From: Macrostomum lignano
Lineage: Eukaryota
Reading direction: 5' to 3'
Assembly (NCBI GenBank): GCA_002269645.1
Contig: NIVC01000558.1
Span: 372,001-436,000, forward strand
DNA length: 64,000 bases
Shown: piece by piece, positions 1 through 13,494 of the stretch
Layout of the letters: each line of letters opens with the position of its first letter
Numbering within the stretch: the first letter of the stretch is position 1
Translations under genes and position numbers: made by a program
Notes under the pieces: model-generated
Databases searched by the model: none
Seen by the model: only the letters and a program-made list of their open reading frames with translations
Told to the model about the DNA's origin: nothing

Positions 1-215
1 TGGATTTGTTTTGGGATCTTAGGGATTTGTTTTGGGATCTTAGGGACTTGTTTGCGATCTTATGGATTTGTTTGGGATCTTTGGGATTTGTTTGGGATCT
101 TGAGGATTAGTTTGGGATCTTTAGGATTTGTTTGGAATCTTTGGGATTTGTTTGGGATCTTAGGGGACTGCTTTACGATTCCGGGAAATTTTTTGGAGCT
201 TTTTGGGGATCCAAG
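1..215. repeat. ~20-bp minisatellite (gggatttgtttgggatctta-like) in the intron upstream of the RIO2 exon
   Basis: Tandem degenerate units seen directly; truncated by the window edge. Confidence 0.85.
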
Positions 216-327
216 GGGTTTTTTGGTATGTTTAAACTTATTTTGGCTTTAGGTTTTTCCTGTATCTCACATCTTTTCGGGAATGTTTTGCATTGTTTCA
301 TCACCCGTGGCCAACAATTTTTCGCAG

Positions 328-566
328 GCAAACCGCTCGTGCGCATCATCGACCTGCCGCAGTGCATCTCGCGGCGGCACCCACAGGCTGTTGAGCAGTA
401 CAACAGGGACGCCGGCTGTCTGGTGACCTTCTTCCTGCGCAAGTTCGAGCAGTTGCGTCACGGCTGGCTGCAGGAGCGCGAGCCAACTCGCCTGTCAGAC
501 ATCGCCCGGGATGCCCGGGGGGTCCGGCTGGACGAGAAACTGAAAGCATCCGGTTACAGAGCTGGG
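328..566 (+). CDS. RIOK2: RIO2-family atypical Ser/Thr kinase, penultimate exon (end of kinase domain)
   Basis: Acceptor tttttcgcag|328 and donor 566|gtgagc. Translation KPLVRIIDLPQCISRRHPQAVEQYNRDAGCLVTFFLRKF...LDEKLKASGYRAG matches the RIO2 pattern IDFPQxxSxxHxxAxxYFxRDxxCxxxFFxxRF...LDxExxASGY, recognised from memory rather than by search. Upstream exons lie outside the window. Confidence 0.85.
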
Positions 567-579
567 GTGAGCTCAAGAC

Positions 580-1505
580 AAAATCCCATCGTGATCCCAA
601 AGTCTAGAATTCCCATTATGATTTGATAGATAGAATCCCCATCATGATTCCAAATCTAGAATCCCCATCATGATCCCAAATCTAAAATCCCCATCGTGAT
701 CCCCAATATAGAATCCCCATCATGATCCCAAATATAGAATCCCCATCATGATCCCAAATATAGAATCACCATCATGATCCCAAATATAGAATCCCCATCA
801 TGATCCCAAATATAGAATCCCCATCATGATCCCAAATCTAGAATCCCGATCATGATCCCAATCTAGAATCCCGATCATTATCCCCAAATCTAGAGTCCCC
901 ATCATGATCCCCAAATCTAGAATCCCCACCATTATCCCAAATCTAGAATCCCCATCATTATGATCCCAAATATAGAATCCCCATTATGATCCCAATCTAG
1001 AATCCCCATCATGATCCCCAATCTAGAATCCTTATCATTATCCCCAAATCTAGAGTCCCCATCATGATCCCCAAATCTAGAATCACCACCATTATCCCAA
1101 ATCTAGAATCCCCATCATTATGATCCCAAATCTAGAATCCCCATTATGATCCCCAAGTCTAGAATCCCCATCATGATTCCAAATCTAGAATCCCCATCAT
1201 AATCCCAATCTAGAATCCTTGTCATTATCCCCAAATCTAGAATCCCCACCATTATCCCAAATCTAGAATCCCCATCATTATGATCCCAAATCTAGAATCC
1301 CCAATATGATCCCCAAGTCTAGAATCCCCATCATTATGATCCCAAATCTAGAATCCCCAATATGATCCCAAATCTAGAATCCCCAATATGATCCCCAATC
1401 TAGAATCCCCATCGTGATCCCCAATCTAGAATCCCCACCATTATCCCAAATCTAGAATCCCCATCGTGATCCCCAATCCAGAATCCCCATCGTGATCCCA
1501 ATGAT
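580..1505. repeat. ~26-bp minisatellite (aaatctagaatccccatcatgatccc) filling the last RIO2 intron
   Basis: Tandem units occupy almost the whole 963-bp intron. Confidence 0.95.
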
Positions 1506-1529
1506 AGATCCTATCACCATCCTTTTAAG

Positions 1530-1970
1530 GACGTGGTTGCTGAGGAAGAGGAGGATTCAAACGAAGACTCAGACTCGACAGCTAATGAGGATTTCGATGA
1601 AGCCGCTAAGGCTAAGGAAGCTGGAGCAACAGCAAATTCTGATGCAGACAAACCCGGCGAAGAAGGAGAAGATAAAGATGAAGACGTCTCAGACTCCGAT
1701 GCAGACTCGAACAGCGAGGAGTCAGGCGAGTCGGCAGAAGACTCAGAAGCTGCAGGTGCTGTTGGAGCAGCAGGTGCCAAATCCACTGGGAAAAGTTCTC
1801 GTCGATCCAAACCTCCCGACGACCCATCGACCGCCAGGCGCCGGGTGCGCGCTGAGCGCCAGCGCGAGATGCGCCGGGCCGGTCTGCGCGCTGGCAGACG
1901 CGCAGCTAAGCGCGAACGAACGGCGCGCGATCGGCGAGACATGCACGAAGAGCTGACGACCTGGGGCTGA
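1530..1970 (+). CDS. RIOK2: RIO2 kinase terminal exon: acidic tail, then Arg-rich segment ending TTWG*
   Basis: Acceptor ccttttaag|1530 is phase 0, compatible with the phase-0 donor at 566. The D/E-rich tract, basic helix and terminal WG match the RIO2 C-terminal layout. AATAAA at 2025-2030. Confidence 0.8.
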   Translation, partial: DVVAEEEEDSNEDSDSTANEDFDEAAKAKEAGATANSDADKPGEEGEDKDEDVSDSDADSNSEESGESAEDSEAAGAVGAAGAKSTGKSSRRSKPPDDPSTARRRVRAERQREMRRAGLRAGRRAAKRERTARDRRDMHEELTTWG

Positions 1971-2988
1971 TTTGAAGTTTTCTCCTGGTTGAAGGTTGAA
2001 CCGCATTTGTCCTTCTGTCGTTGAAATAAAATGGGAAGAAATATATCAGCAAAAAAATTCAAAATGGATCTGTTTTGGCAATAAAATAACTTGATATTAT
2101 TGATTGCCTTCTATTGAAAGTTTTTGTCTTTAAAGTTGACGCTTGATTTTCTTATATTTCTACTTTAAGTAGCTTAAATAGTGAGAATTCTATTTTTTAT
2201 TTTAACTAGGATAAAGGGAAGAGAGAAGTCTGAAGAGACAAAAACCTTGATCAGGCTGGATTGCTTTTGTAAAGTTTCAAAAGACCCGATTGCGCCGGAT
2301 AGAGAAGCTTTGGGGGCCGGAGTTTTCCCAAAACCCTGGTTTTAATCTTTGTCTCAAAAAAGTCTCGATATGTTATCACGGATTTCTAAATTACAAATTA
2401 TGCTTAATTGAAATTCAGAACTTTACGTTGGAAGTGTAACCCCCGGTAATCAGTCAACATTATCTGCAGTTAAATTAACTGCATATTATATAGTTACGTC
2501 ATCGTGAATAGAATTTCAACAATAATGGATTTCGGTGTGCCTCGCTTTTAGTGTCAGTTTTACGACATCAAGCGCTTAACGCCATTTACTTAATTGTAAA
2601 TTCTTGGCCTGCCTTTTGTGCTGAAGATCTGGTAATTTCCTGAAGCAACTGACTTGATGAAGTTCCAGCCTAAGCTATGCTGGGAACTACCCGCTACTTA
2701 ACAGCAGATGATGAAGAAGTGAGAAATCTGAGTTGGTTGGAGGCTTTATAAAAGCCTTAATCCTGCGCCGGTTTTAATTCTGGCTAGGCAACGCTTCTAA
2801 TATCCATTTTAACTTCGAGGTCAAATTTAATGTGTGTCCTGAGCTCTTACGAGTATGTCAACTCTCTTGAACTGATTTTGAGGCTTTGAATTCTTCAAGT
2901 CGGAGAAATATTCCGCTTCGAATTTCATGAGGTCACTACCGACTGCTCATCCAGGTGCTCAGCTCGCTGTCATGTCACTGACGACAAC

Positions 2989-4160
2989 CAAGAGACGGGG
3001 GCGCCCATTCAAGAGACAGGGCGCCCACCAAAAGACAGGTGCCTACCAAGAGACAGGGGCGCCCACCAAAAGACAGGGGCGCCCACCAAGAGACAGGGGC
3101 ACCCACCAAGAGATAGGGGCGCCCACCCAAAGTCAGTGGTGCCCACCAAAAGACAGGGGCGCCCACCAAAAGACAGGCGCCTACCAAGAGACAGGGGCGC
3201 CCATAAGAGACAGGGACGCCCACCAAAAGACGGGCGCCCACCAAGAGACGGGGGCGCCCACCAAAAGACAGGTGCCTACCAAGAGACAGGGGCGCCCACC
3301 AAAAGACAGGCGCCTACCAAGAGACAGGGGCGCCCACCTAGAGACAGGGGCGCCCACCTAGAGACAGGGGCGCCCACCAAGAGACAGGGGCGCCTACCTA
3401 GAGACAGGGGCGCCCACCAAGAGACAGGGCTCTCACCAAGAGACAGGGCTCTCACCAAGAGACAGGGCTCTCACCAAGAGACAGGGCTCTCACCAAGAGA
3501 CAGGCCCCCCCCCAAAAGACGGACGCCCACCAAGAGACAGGGGCGCCCTCCAAGACACAGGGGCGCTCACCAAAAGTCAGGGGCGCCCACCAAGAGACAG
3601 GGGCGCCCACCAAAAGACAGGCGCCTACCAAGAGACAGGGCTCTCACCAAGAGACAGGGCTCTCACCAAGAGACAGGGCTCTCACCAAGAGACGAGCACC
3701 CACCAAGAGACAGGGGCGCCCACCAAAAGACAGGCGCCTACCAAGAGACAGGGCTCTCACCAAGAGACAGGGCTCTCACCAAGAGACAGGGCTCTCACCA
3801 AGAGACGAGCACCCACCAAGAGACAGGGGCGCCCACCAAAAGACAGGCGCCTACCAAGAGACAGGGCTCTCACCAAGAGACAGGGCTCCCACCAAGAGAC
3901 AGGGCTCCCACCAAGAGACAGGGCTCTCACCAAGAGACAGGGCTCCCACCAAGAGACGCCTCCCACCAAGAGACAGGGCTCTCACCAAGAGACATGGCTC
4001 TCACCAAGAGACAGGGCTCTCACCAAGAGACAGGCCCCCCCCCCAAAAGACGGGCGCCCACCAAGACCGAGGCGCCCTCCAAGACACAGGGGCACCCACC
4101 AAAAGTCAGTGGCGCCCAGCAAGAGCCAGGGACGCCCTTCAAAAGACCCCACCAAGAGGC
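2989..4160. repeat. 19-22-bp minisatellite (ggggcgcccaccaagagacag / caccaagagacagggctct)
   Basis: Tandem units with a GGCGCC core. The 367-aa ORF over it is a repeat translation. Confidence 0.95.
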
Positions 4161-4889
4161 ACCGGACGCCCTGGCAAACATAGGCGTCATAATGATTAAA
4201 AATATGAACAAAACGATACGATCCAGCCCGAGAAAATGATCGACAATTATAAAACCATGGCTATAATAAAGCTGAGCCTACAGCAGAAACACAGTTTCAC
4301 TTGGAAGACAATATCTAAGCTACATGTATATCCTACGATGATTAAGACTTGAGGGGGATCCCAGCTAAAGCTGCAGTTTGTTTGTCTACTCAGCTTGAAG
4401 CCGCTGGGCGCGCGTCGCTGTAGTAGCTTCATCAAGAACGAAAAAAGAAGGAACTGGTCGGACAACATGTGACGCTAGTGCAGTCATTTTGTTTCGGGTT
4501 TGGGGATCCTTAATGATCCTGCCTTGTAATTATTCATACTTGTGCCCCGCCGTATTAAGCGAAGAAAAGAAAGATTCGCTTTTCACTTCCTACCACAACA
4601 CAACTGGTCGAGTAATTGGGGGTCTGGGGGGTTGGGGTGGGGAAGTAAAAAAAACAAGAAAGCCGCCAGAATGAATGACAATGACCCCGGGCCGACTGTC
4701 TCTGTGTGCACAGGCGGGATTGGTGCAAATGTTATGGCTGTGGGGCTTCCATGTATCTATCTCTGTGCCTTGCGACTCCTGTCGTGTCTCGCTTTAATTG
4801 CTGGGATGCCAATTTTTTGTTTCCTCAGTTTTGCCTGGTTGTCGAGATTTGCTTGGTCTAAAATCTGAATGTTGAACTAGCACCCGGAT

Positions 4890-5442
4890 TTAAATTGTGG
4901 CGCCAATAGCACCCAGATTGTGGTGCCATTAGCATCCAACTTGTGGCGCCATCAGGATTTAAAACTGTGGCGCCATTAGCATCTACCTAAGATTGTGGCG
5001 CCATTATTATATAAAATTGTGGCGCCATTACATCTAAATTGTGGCGCCATTGCATCCAAATTGTGACGCCATTAGCATCCAAATTGTGGCGCCATTACCA
5101 TCCAAATTGTAACGCCATTAGCATGCAAATTGTGGCATCATCATCAACCAAATTGTGGCGCCATTACCATCCAAATTGTGACGCCATTAGCATCCAAATT
5201 GTGGCGCCATTGCCATCTAAATTGTAACGCCATTAGCATCTAAATTGTGGTGCCATTACCATCCAAATAGTGGCGCCATTAGATTCCAAATGTGGCGCCA
5301 TTAGATTCCAAATGTGGCGCCATTAGCATCCAAATTGTGGCGCCATTAGCTTCCAAATTGTGGCGCCATTAGCTTCCAAATTGTGGCGCCATTACCTTCC
5401 AAATTGTAGCGCCATTAGCATACAAATTGTGGCGCCATTAGC
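4890..5442. repeat. ~23-bp minisatellite (aaattgtggcgccattagcatcc)
   Basis: Tandem units with a TGGCGCCA core. Confidence 0.95.
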
Positions 5443-6049
5443 ACGTGATTCAGGGTCAGTATTTCACACAAAAAACTGCAAGTTATTTCTTGCGTTTCTC
5501 CAAACAGCAGGTGCGCCATTTCTCTGCTCGAAAGTGAAGCCGTATGAAACAGGATTATGTAATTTTCACTCGCACTTACACTTCGTACTCATTTTTGCTC
5601 TGCCCATTGCTGCTGTTTAAACTTTTTTCTGATCAGCTGCGATATATATATATATATAGGTGGCCGCCATTCTCAATGCCGCTACAATCGTGACTGGTTT
5701 GTTATGAGCGGCTCCATACTTGTCAATCACTTTCACTGGCGCTTAAGTTATAAATGTAAAAAAAAACTAGAAATTCTAGCAGACGTTTGACCAACTGCTT
5801 GCGCTGCGGGGCGGGACATGGGATTAGGGTGTTGGGGGGGGGGGGGTGGGATTTCGGAGTTGTTCGCACAGCTGTTCCATTTATACTGTGCGGTGTGACA
5901 TGAGTAATGATATATAATAAATCTAATAAATCCGCCCTTTGTTTATGCCTGGCCGAAACCCTAATCTCAATCAAGGCCATGCTGTAGTCTGGGGGCTTAC
6001 AAACTGTTTGAGGAGCGATCCAAGTGAATGACAAACAATGCCAGATTTG

Positions 6050-7045
6050 AGTGAGTGTCATTTCACTTGAGAGAGTGTCATTTCACTTGATGGAGTGCAA
6101 TTTCACTTGATGGAGTGCCATTTTACTTGAGAAAGTGCAATTTCACTTGATGGAGTGCCATTTTACTTGAGAAAGTGCAATTTCACTTGATGGAGTGCCA
6201 TTTTACTTGAGAAAGTGCAATTTCACTTGATAGAGTGCCATTTCAATTGATGGAGTGCCATTTTACTTGATGGAGTGCCATTTCAATTGATGGAGTGCCA
6301 TTTTGCTTGAAGGAGTGCCATTTCACTTGATTGAGTGCCATTTCACTTGATGAGGTGCTATTTCACTTGAGAGAGTTTCATTTCACTTCATGGAATGCCA
6401 TTTAACTTGAGAGAGTGCCATTTCGTTTGAAGGAGTGCCATTTCACTTGATGGAGTGCTATTTCATTTGATGGAGTGCCATTTCACTTGATGGAGTGCCA
6501 TTTAATTTGATGGAGTGCCATTTCACTTGATGGAGTGCCATTTTGCTTGAGAGAGTGCATTTCACTTGAGAAAGTGCCATTTCACTTGATGGAGTGCCAT
6601 TTAACTTGATGGACTGCCATTTAACTTGATGGGGTGCCATTTCACTTGATGGAGTGCCATTTTGCTTGAGGGAGTGCCATTTAACTTGATAGAGTGTCAT
6701 TTAACTTGATGGAATGCCATTTAACTTGAGAGAGTGCCATTTCGCTTGAAGGAGTGCCATTTTACTTGATAGAGTGTCATTTCACTTCATGGAATGCCAA
6801 TTAACTTGAGAGAGTGCCATTTCACTTGATGGAGTGCCATTTCACTTGATGGAGTGCCATTTCACTTGATGGAGTGCCATTTCATTTGATGGAGTGCCAT
6901 TTCACTTGATTGAGTGCCATTTAATTTGATGGAGTGCCATTTCACTTGATGGAGTGCCATTTTACTTGATGGAGTGCCATTTTGCTTGATGGAGTGCCAT
7001 TTTACTTGATGGAGTGCCATTTCACTTGATGGAGTGCCATTTCAT
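6050..7045. repeat. 20-bp minisatellite (atttcacttgatggagtgcc)
   Basis: About 50 tandem units with a GTGCCA core. Confidence 0.95.
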
Positions 7046-7474
7046 ATCTCATATCGTCAGTAAATTCTGTGACTGGAGAGAGAGACACCAACGGGTAGCA
7101 TCATGAGCTGCATAGAGGCTGAAGCTCACCACACAAAGTGTCACTCAATGCCCTTAATGCGCAGTTTACCTGTCTTTCAACTACAAAAAACACTAATTGA
7201 GTAGGTGAATTGTTGGATCTAGAATTTGGGGGAGGGGGAACAATACACTCTCAGCCAGATGGTTGAAGCCCTCTGAAATATTTTCTTGCTAAACCTGGTT
7301 AGTTGTAAACAGCAACTCGACATTGTCCATCAATTTTTGCTTGTAGGGGCCGGCGTTAATTGCTCTATAATGCGTCCCATGTTGCAGATTGGTGTGAAAA
7401 ATATTATGTATCATCACCTGAAATATAGCTTGTTATCTACTTACTTCTGACAAATTTTCATCTGCGCATTTCTA

Positions 7475-8575
7475 TGTGTAGATCTCATCCTACTGCTCAT
7501 CCATCTACTGTAGATCTCATCCTACTGCTCATCCATCTACTGTAGATCTCATCCTACTGCTCATCCATCTACTGTAGATCTCATCCTACTGCTCATCCAT
7601 CTACTGTAGATCTCATCCTACTGCTCATCCATCTACTGTAGATCTCATCCTACTGCTCATCCATCTACTGTAGATCTCATCCTACTGCTCATCCATCTAC
7701 TGTAGATCTCATCCTACTGCTCATCCATCTACTGTAGATCTCATCCTACTGCTCATCCATCTACTGTAGATCTCATCCTACTGCTCATTCATCTACTGTA
7801 GATCTCATCCTACTGCTCATCCATCTACTGTAGATCTCATCCTACTGCTCATCCATCTACTGTAGATCTCATCCTACTGCTCATCCATCTACTGTAGATC
7901 TCATCCTACTGCTCATCCATCTACTGTAGATCTCATCCTACTGCTCATCCATCTACTGTAGATCTCATCCTACTGCTCATCCATCTACTGTAGATCTCAT
8001 CCTACTGCTCATCCATCTACTGTAGATCTCATCCTACTGCTCATCCATCTACTGTAGATCTCATCCTACTGCTCATCCATCTACTGTAGATCTCATCCTA
8101 CTACTCATCCATCTACTGTAGATCTCATCCTACTGCTCATCCATCTACTGTAGATCTCATCCTACTGCTCATCCATCTACTGTAGATCTCATCCTACTGC
8201 TCATCCATCTACTGTAGATCTCATCCTACTACTCATCCATCTACTGTAGATCTCATCCTACTGCTCATCCATCTACTGTAGATCTCATCCTACTGCTCAT
8301 CCATCTACTGTAGATCTCATCCTACTGCTCATCCATCTACTGTAGATCTCATCCTACTGCTCATCCATCTACTGTAGATCTCATCCTACTGCTCATCCAT
8401 CTACTGTAGATCTCATCCTACTGCTCATCCATCTACTGTAGATCTCATCCTACTGCTCATCCATCTCTGTAGATCTCATCCTACTGCCCATCCATCTCTG
8501 TAGATCTCATCCTACTGCCCATCCATCTCTGTAGATCTCATCCTACTGCCCATCCATCTACTGTAGATCTCAACC
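7475..8575. repeat. 32-bp homogeneous minisatellite (tgtagatctcatcctactgctcatccatctac)
   Basis: About 34 nearly identical units, decaying rightwards to about 8750. The unit junction forms the inverted repeat atctac-t-gtagat. Confidence 0.97.
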
Positions 8576-9464
8576 TACTTGTCTCTCTCTAGTAGATCTC
8601 ACCCAACTTTTATCTCACCCCTAGAGATCTCACCCTACTTCTTATCTCTTCCCTGTAGATCTAAACCTACTTCTCATCTTTCCCCTGGAGATCTCACCCT
8701 TACTTCTCATCTCTCTGTTTTAGATCTCACCCTACTTTTATCCTCCCACCTATAAAACTAGAATTTCATTATTCACCACAATAGTGGTTTATAGAATCTC
8801 TTGAGTCGGGCGATCCCTTCAGTACGAACTCAGCAAGTCCATCTGTACCGGGCGAGTCAGACTTGCAGTTTCCCATTTCCTGTCAACTTTTCCTGCTTCT
8901 TTTTTGTCGAAATTTTCTTCAAATCTTTCGCGCTGCCGTGAAATAGACACAGCTGGGAGCAGAGAGGTTGGAGACTGCTCAAAGTTAAACCCGCGCCATC
9001 TCAAGGCGCGATGATTCTGCGTTGGCCTTTTAATCAGTCACAGAGGATCAGAGCAGCAATCCCCCCCCCTGCGCGCGCTCCAGATCCCCAGATCTGTCGT
9101 CATCCGGTTGATTAGCTTGGCAACGCTGCCGCTACAGAATCTCGGGCATCTCAGGATTAACTCGAATGGAATTAGGAGATAATACCCTGTGTGTGTGTAG
9201 CTTCGCATGCAGCTATCTACAGGAATTCCGAGAGCTCGGAGTAGAGGCTCAAACTCTCGCGCGTGTGACCGGGTGTGAAATTTGCCACACTTCCGCTGTA
9301 CCAGTCCCATCCGTTATGCACACCTATCACTGTAGATATCTTGTCGTTATTATAGTATTTAGACTATACTGCTATAGTAATGCATATTATGAGACTAGCT
9401 AATGCTCAATATTAATATGCAGTACAGCCTACTGAGGTTTGTAATGTGGCTCTTTCCCTCTGTC

Positions 9465-10375
9465 CCAGTATCTCACTCCCAGTCTCATTATCTCATTCCC
9501 AGTCTCAGTATCTCACTCCCAGTCTCATTATCTCACTCCCAGTCTCAGTATCTCACTCCCAGTCTCAGTATCTCACTCCCAATCTCAGTATCTCACTCCC
9601 AGTCTCAGTATCTCACTCCCAGTCTTACTATCTCACTCCCAGTCTCAGTATCTCACTCCCAGTCTTACTATCTCACTCCCAGTCTCAGTATCTCACTCCC
9701 AGTCTTACTATCTCACTCCCAGTCTCAGTATCTCACTCCCAGTCTCAGTATCTCCCTCTTAGTCTTACTATTTCACTCCCAGTCTCAGTATCTCCCTCTT
9801 AGTCTTACTATCTCACTCCCAGTCTTACTATCTCACTCCTAGTCTTACTATCTCACTCCCAGTCTTACTATCTCACTCCTAGTCTTACTATCTCACTCCT
9901 AGTCTTACTATCTCACTCCTAGTCTTACTATCTCACTCCCAGTCTTACTATCTCACTCCCAGTCTCAGTATCTCACTCCCAGTCTCAGTATCTCCCTCTT
10001 AGTCTTACTATCTCACTCCTAGTCTTACTATCTCACTCCCAGTCTCAGTATCTCCCTCTTAGTCTTACTATCTCACTCCCAGTCTTACTATCTCACTCCT
10101 AGTCTTACTATCTCACTCCTAGTCTTACTATCTCACTCCTAGTCTTACTATCTCACTCCTAGTCTTACTATCTCACTCCCAGTCTCAATATCTCCCTCTT
10201 AGTCTTACTATCTCACTCCCAGTCTCAGTATCTCATTTTCAGTTCCAATATCTCAATCCCAGTCTCAGTTTCTCACTCCCAGTCTCAGTATCTCAACTCT
10301 CAGTCTCAGTATCTCACTTCCAGACTCAATATCTAACTCACAGTCCTAGTATCCCACTCTCAGCCTCAGTATTTG
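9465..10375. repeat. 20-bp minisatellite (agtctcagtatctcactccc / agtcttactatctcactcct)
   Basis: Tandem units with a few variant types. Confidence 0.95.
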
Positions 10376-11019
10376 GTCCAGTAAATTTTTTCAAAATGAA
10401 AATTAAATAATAAAACTACAGTTTGTATCCATTGTCCAAGTCAGCGCAGCAACAACCCGTGAAGGAGAGAGAGAGAGAGAAGCACACATGAATTCACATC
10501 CACAAAGTCACTGAACTGGAAAACGAAGTCGCAACCCGCTAAGCCTATCTTATCTGTAATAATAATAAAAATGTGTCTCAAATGACACCCAGCTCACTTG
10601 TTCAGCACGCCGCCCCAGTTCTCAGTCCATGGCAGGCAACAGGCAAAGGGCGTCAGACTATACAGTTGCTCGGCCATAAAAATCGTAACAGCTTCTTCTT
10701 AGTTTCAGGTAGACTACCTCTCGCTCACACACAACATTTAGCTGTATATGACAAACTTGTTGCTCAAAAATCGCACCTTTCTGTCTGGAGTTGCAGTGCG
10801 CGTTTGACAATTAAATTTTATTACTTTTGTTGTTTAGGCATTTAATAATACTTTGGTCTTGGCTGAGTTGCCGTGGCATGTTTTGTACTCGTTTGTGTTT
10901 GTCGTAAAACTTTTCTTGAAATTTTGCTTTTTCATAAAGTAGCTGTCTATAGTGCATGCACACTGTGGATGGATGCCAGAAAGGTTTCTTTGGATGTCAG
11001 ACGTGCCAGTTTAAATGTT

Positions 11020-11600
11020 AGGGGCGCAAAATCCAAATTACAGTGTCAGTGGCGCCGAATCTAACTTGGTTATCAGGTGGCGCCAAATCCAAAGCTGGTT
11101 GTCAGGTGGCGGCAAATCCAAAGCTGGTTGTCAGGTGGCGCCAAATCCAAAGCTGGTTGTCAGGTGGCGCCAAATCTAAATTGGGTTGTCAGTGGTGCCA
11201 AATCCAAATTGTGATGTCAGTGGCGCCGAATTCAAACTGTGCTGTCAGTGGCGCCGAATTCAAACTGTGCTGTCAGTGGCGCCGAATTCAAACTGTGCTG
11301 TCAGTGGCGCCGAATTCAAACTGTGCTGTCAGTGGCGCCAAATCCAAATTGGAGTGTCAGTGGCGCCGAATCTAACTTGGTTGTCAGGTGGCGCCAAATC
11401 CAAAGCTGGTTGTCAGGTGGCGCCAAATCCAAAGCTGGTTGTCAGGTGGCGCAAAATCTAAATTGGGTTGTCAGGTGGCGCCAAATCCAAAGCTGGTTGT
11501 CAGGTGGCGCCAAATCCAAAGCTGGTTGTCAGGTGGCGCCAAATCCAACTTGTTTTTCAGTGGCGCAAATCCAACTGAGATTTAAGTGGCGCCAATTCCA
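11020..11600. repeat. 28-29-bp minisatellite (gtggcgccaaatccaaagctggttgtcag)
   Basis: Tandem units with a TGGCGCC core; two sub-types occur in blocks. Confidence 0.95.
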
Positions 11601-13494
11601 ATATTTTCGGTGCTCAATAGTTACGAATTAAAATGAAATTAATCACATGCCGTGTCACGGGAATGAAAAATCACAATTGAGTTTTAATTCGCTCAAAGAT
11701 CAAGCTTAAGATAAAGAGGAGAGTGGGGAGATCATTTTTTGAAGCAAAAAGAAAATCCCAGCCCATATGGCCCCCTGCAGACAGGGAGAGTCAGTTTAAG
11801 CTCAAGAAATTAAAAGCAATGATTTTCTCTTGACCGCTGGCTACCTGCAGGAGTGACGCAATCGCGGGCGCAGTTTCCGTGTTTCGGTTTTTTTTCAAAG
11901 TCTTCTTTTTTCTATAAAAAAGAACCCCAGCTTTTGTTATAATAGACGAAGCAGAGAAATGAAATTTGAGACATTGAGTTCTGTGCGGAGCACGCTACCG
12001 CTTAAAATGTTATTATGTAATCTATATATACTGTATGTATAGCTCAACATATACTCGTATTTTATATTGCCAATACTGGCATGGGTTGTTGCGCTAAGTA
12101 TTGGTGACTCTCGGACGATATAAGCTCCTCTTTTGCTTTTGGCTTACAAGATTTCAGTCCCCTGATTAGCTTTGGTTCTTTGGAAAGGATTTTTTCTCTA
12201 AATGCTGAATTTGGCTGGGGCTTGCGGTCAAGGAGACCCACAGAGATATAGAGACTGGACAAGTTCAGGCCGACTTCAAGTTTCCATACACAAAATTACG
12301 AGTGCCACCTCAAACGTAACACATTTGTGTACGAGTAGTTGGGATGCTTGGGAATTTAGTGCTCAAACCCTCCCCCCGAACTTCTCAAACTGCAGAATTG
12401 GAGCCAAGCCAAAAAGTTGTCTGCATTTCTGAGGATTTAAGGCAGGAGCTGGCGAACCAAGTTGCTGGCTCTGGGCCTCCTTGGCGGCATGGATGACCCC
12501 ACACTGACTCAGGGGGGGGGGGGCTGAGCAAATTAATAGAAAATCTCTGTAAGCCCCGGCTTTGTTGCCCCCAACAAAACGAAGTCTAAAGAAATCCGAC
12601 AGATCACGGAAAGCGTTGCATTGGCGGACAAGAAAATTGTGATTGTCGGATATCCGCTTCGTTTTTCGTGCACGGACCGCTAGAGACTTGGACTAGAAGC
12701 CAACAAATTATCTGTAGAAGATTCCCCATTTCAACTTTATCGAGGGCTCAATTTAAGCATTTTCTGAAGTAGGTAAGACTTTTGTAGGCCATTTCGGTAA
12801 CGTTGCGATTTTTTCAAATTCACTAAGATTTGAACCATTTAGAAAATTTTAATGGATATTTAAATTATTTAGATATTTGAGTAATTTATTCAGAATTTAT
12901 TCAAATTTCGAACGACTTCTTAGTTTAACAAATGAGCGTACCGTTTTGAAATTATGTTGAACAAAGTGAAGGCACTCTACTCAATTTGACTATCTTCCTG
13001 TGCATAAGACTCATCCGGACTGATCAAAGATGAGCCGAGCCCTGTTGATAAATTTGATCAGCTTCCACTTGTCCAACTACAAAATTTAAGATTGACAGTT
13101 TGAGATAAGCACCGGAAAACACGCTGGATGAAGTTTTTTTGGATAAACCTATAGATGGGCATTTATACTCGTATGGAAGTTTAGCAGGGAAAGTTTAATT
13201 AGAGCCAAACGAGCTGCAGAACAAAGACTCTCTGTGGAGAAGCTTGCTTTTCCTTAGACCGCCACCTGGACCACCTGTTGCTCTTGGCTTTATTCGTAGT
13301 CTGCGATATTTTCTACATGCCAAAAATGTCGGTTGATGCAAGTCAGCTGCCTTCATTCAAAACTCGTATAGAGGTTGAGGCTGGGAAGATGGAAAGGGAT
13401 ATGACGTAAGAGCCTTTTTGGCACTAATTAGCACAGCAATTATTCCGTGACTAAATCCCCACGGCTACACTGGGGTGGCCTCTTGACTCCCAAT

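Noticed and set aside
3136-4239. 367-aa basic ORF
   Set aside because: Translation of a GGCGCC minisatellite, with no splice or homology support.
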